Source of the DNA: Phycisphaerae bacterium
GTDB taxonomy: Bacteria > Planctomycetota > Phycisphaerae > UBA1845
NCBI GenBank assembly: GCA_963666835.2
Contig: CAXXGO010000001.1
Location: 1,504,001 to 1,568,000 of the forward strand
Length of the DNA stretch: 64,000 nucleotides
Direction: 5' to 3'
The translations under genes were made by a program, and so were the position numbers. Within the stretch, counting starts at the first letter, position 1. Each line of letters opens with the position of its first letter. Shown here piece by piece: positions 58,560 through 64,000 of the stretch. Under the pieces are notes generated by a model. The model saw nothing but the letters and a program-made list of their open reading frames with translations. It did no database searches and was not told where the DNA came from.

Positions 58560-58597
58560 TCGGGGTGGATTCCGAAGCAGGACCGCATCCGGGTGAT

Positions 58598-61474
58598 ATG
58601 AAGTCCAAAGAGCTCCTTTGGGACACCCTCCGCGCGACCGTCAAGGGAGACGTTCGCACCGGCAATCTCACCAGAACGATCTACGCGACCGACGCCAGTA
58701 TCTATGAGGTCATTCCTGCGGGAGTTGTACTTCCGCGAGACATTGCGGACGTGGTAGCTACGGTAAAGGCGTGTCGAGTTGCCGGGGAATCGGTGGTTGC
58801 GAGAGGGGCGGGGACGGGACTTACGGGCGGGGCGATCGGTCCCGGGGTGCCGCTCGACCTCTCACGATACATGAACCGCATCGGCACGGTCGACGTGGCC
58901 GCTCGCACCGTCGAGGTGGAGCCCGGCGTAGTGTTGGATGAGCTGAACGCCCACCTGGCCGAGCATGGTCTGCAGTTCGGGGTGGACGTTGCCACGGGGA
59001 GCCGGGCGACTATCGGTGGGATGATCGCCAATAACTCCTGCGGCGCCCATTCCATCGTGCAGGGGCGAACGGTGGATCACGTCGTGGAGCTGACCGTTGT
59101 TCTGGCGGACGGGGAAGTTGCGACTTTCAGTCGGTTTGCGTCGTGCGAGGTTGCGTCCTCGTCCGAAGTGGTGCGGAACATCGAGGGCGAATTGGCCCGA
59201 ATCCGCGATACGTATGAGTCCGAGATTAAAGACCGGTTCCCCAAGATCCTGCGCAGTAATGCCGGGTATGGTCTGGACCGGCTGGGCCCGCGTTGCAGTA
59301 CGGTTAGTGCTGTGGATGTATTGTGCGGGAGCGAGGGCACGCTGGGGATTGTGGTGGGAGCCAAGCTGGACCTGGTCGAGCCGCCGCGATGTTGCGCGTT
59401 AGTGGTTCTGCACTTTGACGGTTTGCTCGAGGCTCTCGGGGTGGTTCCGGTGATTCTGCGTCATCGACCGGCCGCTATCGAGCTGGTGGACAAGCTGGTC
59501 CTCGACGCCGGGCGGGTGAACGCGGTGCTGCGGACCCGCTGCGATTTCCTTCAGGGCGATCCCTTGGCGATATTGGTGGTTGAGCTGACCGCCGATACCG
59601 AAGCCGAGTTGGAATCGAAGATCGAGAAGCTTCTTGCCGACCGTGAAGTGTCTGATGCCACGTTTGCGTCATCAACCGTTCGGGAGCCCCATCGACAGGC
59701 GGATGTCTGGAACCTGCGCAAGAGCGGCTTGGGTCTGCTGATGTCGAAGCCCGGAGACGAGCAGCCGTATGCGTTCATCGAAGATTCGGCGGTTGATCCG
59801 CGACGTCTGCGGGACTACATTGAACAGCTTTTGGAGATCTTGAACCGCGAGGGGGTCGAGGCGGGGTTCTACGCCCATGCCAGTGCCGGGTGCCTGCATA
59901 TTCGTCCCGTGCTCAATCTGCGGCGCGGAACGGACGTGGAGCGAATGCGGCGCATTGCCGAGGCGGTGGCGGACCTGGCCCTGCGGTTCGGCGGCACGAT
60001 AACCGGCGAGCACGGGGACGGGATTGTCCGGTCGTGTTGGCTCGAGAAGATGTACGGGGCGCGGATCGTTGAGGCTTTTGCCGAGGTGAAGCGGCTGTTC
60101 GATCCGGACAAAGTGCTCAACCCGCACAAGATCGTGGATCCCTGGCCCATGACCGAGCACTTGCGTTACGGCGCGGAGTTTGCGGCCCAGGCGGTCAAGA
60201 CCCATCTGGACTTCTCGCGGCACGGCGGGTTGGCGGGCTTGGCCAACATGTGCAGCGGGGTCGGACAGTGCCGACAAAAGGGCACAGGGACGATGTGTCC
60301 GTCCTATCAAGCCACCGGAGATGAACGCCATACGACCAGGGCGCGGGCGAATGCCTTACGGGTGGCATTGTCCAATCGAGGGCTTCTTGACGGGCTGGGC
60401 GATCCGGAGCTGGCCGAAGTGATGGACTTGTGCCTGTCGTGCAAGGCCTGCCGGACGGAGTGTCCGACCGGGGTGGATATGGCCCGGCTCAAGGCAGAGT
60501 ATCTGGCCCGGCGCAATCAGACCATGGGGGTCAGCAAGGGGGCGCGGTTGGTGGCTGATCTTCCGCGTCTTTCCCGGTTGGCGAGCCGGTTCCCGAGGAT
60601 GAGCAATCTTATCGCGCAAGCTCGTCCGGTGCGGGCTCTGGTTGAACATCGCTACGGTTTCGATCGGCGGATCCCGCTGCCGCGGTTTGCGAACCGTACG
60701 TTTCGGTCGTGGTTTCGCCGATGCCGCAAGCAAGAATCCGGTAGGGCGCATCCCCGCGGGCCGGTGGTGTTTTTTGTGGATACGTGGACTAATTTCTTCG
60801 TTCCGCAGGTCGGTATCGCCGTGGTGAAGGTGCTCGAGCGGATTGGTCATCGGGTTCTGTGCCCGGATACGGTGTGTTGCGGACGGCCGGCGATCAGCAA
60901 GGGGCTGTTGACCGAAGCCAGGCAGGCCGCCGAGCAGAATATAGCCGTGCTGGCCCCTCTCACGCGATCCGGGACGATGGTCGTCGGTGCCGAGCCGAGC
61001 TGTATTCTCACCTTGGTGGATGAGTATCCGCAACTGGTCCGCACTCAAGCCGCCCGGCGGATTGCGGGGCAGGCGGTGATGATCGAGACACTGCTGCGGC
61101 GCGTGTTGGATGAGGATCCGACGGCCCTCGATCCGCTCCGGCGTGATACGTTGCTGCTATATCACAGCCACTGTCATCAGAAGGCCCTGGTGGGATCCGA
61201 AGACGCGGTGGCGGTGCTGCGGCGTTTCTGTGCCGAGGGGTCGGCGGAGATCGACAGTGGCTGCTGTGGTATGGCCGGGGCCTTCGGGCACGAGGTGGGG
61301 CACTATGAAGTCTCCCGGGCCGTGGGGGAGGAACGGCTCTTCCCGGCCGTGCGTGCCCGCGGCGACGCCGCCATTGCCGCCGCGGGTTTCAGTTGTCGCC
61401 ACCAGATCGAGCACCACACCCATACCCCCGCGCGGCACCTCATTGAGTACCTGGCCGATGCGTTGGAGGGTTGA
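58598..61474 (+). CDS. FAD-linked oxidase / 4Fe-4S / CCG-domain oxidoreductase (GlcD-GlcF/YdiJ-like fusion)
   Basis: YATDAS, RGAGTGLTGG, GSEGTLG, GEHGDG, CSGVGQC, CLSCKACRTECP, VCCG, GCCGMAG. Confidence 0.92.
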   Translation: MKSKELLWDTLRATVKGDVRTGNLTRTIYATDASIYEVIPAGVVLPRDIADVVATVKACRVAGESVVARGAGTGLTGGAIGPGVPLDLSRYMNRIGTVDVAARTVEVEPGVVLDELNAHLAEHGLQFGVDVATGSRATIGGMIANNSCGAHSIVQGRTVDHVVELTVVLADGEVATFSRFASCEVASSSEVVRNIEGELARIRDTYESEIKDRFPKILRSNAGYGLDRLGPRCSTVSAVDVLCGSEGTLGIVVGAKLDLVEPPRCCALVVLHFDGLLEALGVVPVILRHRPAAIELVDKLVLDAGRVNAVLRTRCDFLQGDPLAILVVELTADTEAELESKIEKLLADREVSDATFASSTVREPHRQADVWNLRKSGLGLLMSKPGDEQPYAFIEDSAVDPRRLRDYIEQLLEILNREGVEAGFYAHASAGCLHIRPVLNLRRGTDVERMRRIAEAVADLALRFGGTITGEHGDGIVRSCWLEKMYGARIVEAFAEVKRLFDPDKVLNPHKIVDPWPMTEHLRYGAEFAAQAVKTHLDFSRHGGLAGLANMCSGVGQCRQKGTGTMCPSYQATGDERHTTRARANALRVALSNRGLLDGLGDPELAEVMDLCLSCKACRTECPTGVDMARLKAEYLARRNQTMGVSKGARLVADLPRLSRLASRFPRMSNLIAQARPVRALVEHRYGFDRRIPLPRFANRTFRSWFRRCRKQESGRAHPRGPVVFFVDTWTNFFVPQVGIAVVKVLERIGHRVLCPDTVCCGRPAISKGLLTEARQAAEQNIAVLAPLTRSGTMVVGAEPSCILTLVDEYPQLVRTQAARRIAGQAVMIETLLRRVLDEDPTALDPLRRDTLLLYHSHCHQKALVGSEDAVAVLRRFCAEGSAEIDSGCCGMAGAFGHEVGHYEVSRAVGEERLFPAVRARGDAAIAAAGFSCRHQIEHHTHTPARHLIEYLADALEG

Positions 61475-61480
61475 TAGTGG

Positions 61481-61905
61481 GGTGGCCCATGTTCTATTGA
61501 GTTTCCGGAATGACAATGTCGTGGCAGAACCGTGCGGGGTGCGGTTGCCTGGACATGGGGGAACCGACGACGATGCCCGCCGGCGATCGATGGCAGGTCT
61601 CGTGCCTCGACCATGCCCTACAAGATCAGACGGCAGGTCTCGTGCCTCGACCATGCCCTACGAAGAGTGCCAGTCGGGTGGCATGGGTCAACTTGTTGAC
61701 CCGTGGAGTAACAGCGTGTAGACAGGTGGCCCATGTTCTATTGAGTTTCCGGAATGACAATGTCGTGGCAGAACCGTGCGGGGTGCGGTTGCCTGGACAT
61801 GGGGGAACCGACGAAGATGCCCGCTGGCGATCGATGGCAGGTCTCGTGCCTCGACCATGCCCTACAAGATCAGACGGCAGGTCTCGTGCCTCGACCATGC
61901 CCTAC
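61481..61905. repeat. ~180-bp direct duplication (period 244 bp), each copy ending in REP units
   Basis: 61481-61661 is nearly identical to 61725-61905; palindrome ATGGGTCAACTTGTTGACCCGT lies between them. Confidence 0.9.
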
Positions 61906-62142
61906 AAGAGCAGATGGCAGGTCTCGTGCCTCGACCATGCCCTACAAGATCAGACGGCAGGTCTCGTGGCTCGACCATGCCCTACAAGATCAGACGGCAG
62001 GTCTCGTGGCTCGACCATGCCCTACAAGATCAGACGGCAGGTCTCGTGGCTCGACCATGCCCTACAAGATCAGATGGCAGGTCTCGTGCCTCGACCATGC
62101 CCTACAAGAGCAGACGGCAGGTCTCGTGGCTTGACCGTGCCC
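61836..62142. repeat. Tandem array of 40-bp GTAG-type REP units (8 copies, last one degenerate; 2 more at 61592 and 61632)
   Basis: Unit GGCAGGTCTCGTG(C/G)CTCGACCATGCCCTACAAGA(T/G)CAGA(C/T) starts at 61836, 61876, 61916, 61956, 61996, 62036, 62076 and 62116. Confidence 0.92.
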
Positions 62143-62178
62143 GGCAAGTGCGCATACCAAGCGGCCCACCGCTTTCGC

Positions 62179-62272
62179 GGCCGTTGAAAAAGGGCACAGG
62201 CACCTCGCCGAAAGCGTCGGATGGTGCTGTGAGCGCAAATCCGCTCGGAGCCGGTCCCCTTTTTCAACGGCC
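62179..62272. repeat. Short element with 16-bp perfect terminal inverted repeats
   Basis: GGCCGTTGAAAAAGGG (62179-62194) / CCCTTTTTCAACGGCC (62257-62272), extending imperfectly inward. Confidence 0.7.
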
Positions 62273-62280
62273 TCCCAAGG

Positions 62281-64000
62281 CTACTCCATACCCAGCACGC
62301 GAACCATGAAGGCCCATTCGTCGGCCACTTCCTCGATAGCCATCCAGGTGGGCTTGCCCCCGCCGTGCCCGGCTCTGGTCTCGATGCGAATCAGCGTCGG
62401 GGCCTTGCCGGCCTGGGCGGCCTGCAGGGCGGCGGCGTACTTGAAGCTGTGCGCCGGGACGACCCGGTCATCGTGATCGGCCGTGGTAATGAACGTGGCC
62501 GGGTACTTCGTGCCCGGTTTGATGTTGTGATACGGCGAGTATGCGTAGAGGGCCTTGAACTCTTCCGGGTCCTCCGGTGATCCGTAATCGGAGACCCAAG
62601 CCCATCCGATTGTGAACTTGTGGAACCGCAGCATGTCCATCACGCCGACGGCCGGCAGGCAGGCTCCGAACAGATCGGGCCTTTGGTTCATACACGCCCC
62701 GACCAGGGTCCCGCCGTTACTGCCCCCGCCGATCGCCAGCTTCGCCGGCTTGGTGTATTTGTTGTCGACGAGCCACTCCGCGGCCGCGATGAAATCGTCG
62801 AAACAGTTCTGCTTCTTGAGTTTCATGCCACCTTCGTGCCACTCCTTGCCGTATTCGCCGCCGCCGCGGATGTTGGCCATTGCATAGACCCCGCCCATCT
62901 CCATCCATACCAGCCTGCTCACGCTGAAGTAGGGCGTCAGCACGACGTTGAAACCGCCGTAGCCGTAGAGATACGTCGGGTTCTTGCCATTGAGTTTCAG
63001 GCCCTTCTTATGGGTGATGAACATCGGTACGCGGGTGCCGTCTTTGCTGTGGTAGAACACCTGCTTAGTCACGAAGCTGTCGGGATCGAAATCGACGGAG
63101 GGGCGGAAGAACAGGCTCTGCTTGCCGGTGTCCATGTCGTAGCGGTAGATCGATCCGGGGTCCGTAAAGCCCGTGAACGCGTAGAATGTCTCCGGATCGT
63201 CCTGTCGCCCGCCGAAACCGTAGGCTGACCCGATGCCCGGTAGCTTAACCTCGCGAATGAGCTTGCCGTTTAAGTCGAAGATCTTGACCTGGCTGTGGGC
63301 GTCCTTGAGGTACGAGGCCGCGAACTTGTGTCCGACCACGCCCGCTCCGCGAAGGGTCTCTTTCGCCTCGGGAATGACGTCTTTCCAGTTCGCCCGGTCG
63401 GGGCGGCGAAGATCGACCGCGATTACCCGCGAGCGCGGGGCGTCCTGGTCGGTCGAGAACCAGAACAGCGGACCTTCGTTGCCGGCGAAGTTGTACTGCG
63501 CGTCGAACCCGGTGATCAGCTCGACGACTTCCCCGTTGGGCGATTGCAGGTCTTTGTAGAAGATCTGGTTCTTTCGTTCCGAGCCTTTGTGGACGTTGAT
63601 GACCAGGTATCGCCCGTCCTCAGTTACGAAGCCGCCGAAGCTCCACTCCTTCTCGTCGGCCCGCTGATAGACCAGCCGGTCCTGCGTCTGCGGAGTTCCG
63701 ACCACGTGATAGTACAGCTTGTTGTAGTAGTTGGCGTCCTGCAGGGCCGCCCCTTCCTTCGGCTCGTCATACCGGCTGTAGTAGAAGCCCTTGTCGTCCT
63801 TGGTCCAGGAGACGCCGGAGAACTTGATCCACTTCAGATGGTCGGTGAGGTCCTTGCCCGTGTCGATGTTGCGGACCTTCCATTCGTTCCAGTCCGAGCC
63901 GGCGTCGGAGATGCCGTAGGCCACGAGTTTCGCATTATGGCTGACGGCGGTGCCGGCCAGGGATCTCGTGCCGTCCTCCGAGAACTTGTTCGGGTCGATC
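62281..64000 (-). CDS. Prolyl oligopeptidase (S9A), 5' end beyond the window
   Basis: YGYGGF, RGGGEYG, GGSNGG, DDRV, AGHG catalytic motifs; frame stays open to the window end. Confidence 0.96.
   Translation of the reverse strand, partial: IDPNKFSEDGTRSLAGTAVSHNAKLVAYGISDAGSDWNEWKVRNIDTGKDLTDHLKWIKFSGVSWTKDDKGFYYSRYDEPKEGAALQDANYYNKLYYHVVGTPQTQDRLVYQRADEKEWSFGGFVTEDGRYLVINVHKGSERKNQIFYKDLQSPNGEVVELITGFDAQYNFAGNEGPLFWFSTDQDAPRSRVIAVDLRRPDRANWKDVIPEAKETLRGAGVVGHKFAASYLKDAHSQVKIFDLNGKLIREVKLPGIGSAYGFGGRQDDPETFYAFTGFTDPGSIYRYDMDTGKQSLFFRPSVDFDPDSFVTKQVFYHSKDGTRVPMFITHKKGLKLNGKNPTYLYGYGGFNVVLTPYFSVSRLVWMEMGGVYAMANIRGGGEYGKEWHEGGMKLKKQNCFDDFIAAAEWLVDNKYTKPAKLAIGGGSNGGTLVGACMNQRPDLFGACLPAVGVMDMLRFHKFTIGWAWVSDYGSPEDPEEFKALYAYSPYHNIKPGTKYPATFITTADHDDRVVPAHSFKYAAALQAAQAGKAPTLIRIETRAGHGGGKPTWMAIEEVADEWAFMVRVLGME

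Noticed and set aside
61836..62142. CRISPR or guide-RNA array
   Set aside because: The inter-repeat segments are ~10 nt and nearly identical (no unique spacers), no cas-like gene is nearby, and the unit is a REP also present at 28611
61510..62309. Repetitive ORFs over the tandem array
   Set aside because: They are translations of the DNA repeat cycling through frames, with no RBS or domain

Overview
GC-rich bacterial chromosome window, most likely from a planctomycete of the class Phycisphaerae. That assignment is inferred from a GPTAVEY-type Flp pilin, DCNGNG..DEC/dockerin-like protein tails and the intergenic REP families. Contents in order: (1) a ~15 kb Tad/Flp pilus locus (flp, prepilin peptidase, tadE, cpaB, cpaC, two paralogous TadG-like VWA proteins flanking an inverted type IV/T2SS pilin gene that seems to start at ATT, cpaE, cpaF, tadB, tadC); (2) a MEMO-family gene, lpxK, a deoxyhypusine-synthase-like gene and gmhB; (3) HU-like, B12-binding, YlbF, rnr, sugar acetyltransferase and OprB porin genes; (4) a two-lobed aspartic protease, a STAND-like NTPase with helical repeats, pckA and an aminotransferase; (5) a dockerin-tailed secreted protein divergent from a stand-alone cohesin-like protein; (6) a 10 kb module of three HflK/HflC-like SPFH genes with an ABC ATPase, two ABC-2-type permeases and a PilG/XapA-like protein, with no ftsH in the window, which is the best candidate for an undescribed system; (7) an FHA-GAF histidine kinase, a zincin, sppA, a GT-C/TPR protein, a GT4, an FAD/Fe-S oxidoreductase, a 40-bp tandem REP array and a prolyl oligopeptidase. 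I found no rRNA, tRNA, CRISPR array or transposase. All calls come from motif recognition by eye; no searches were run.
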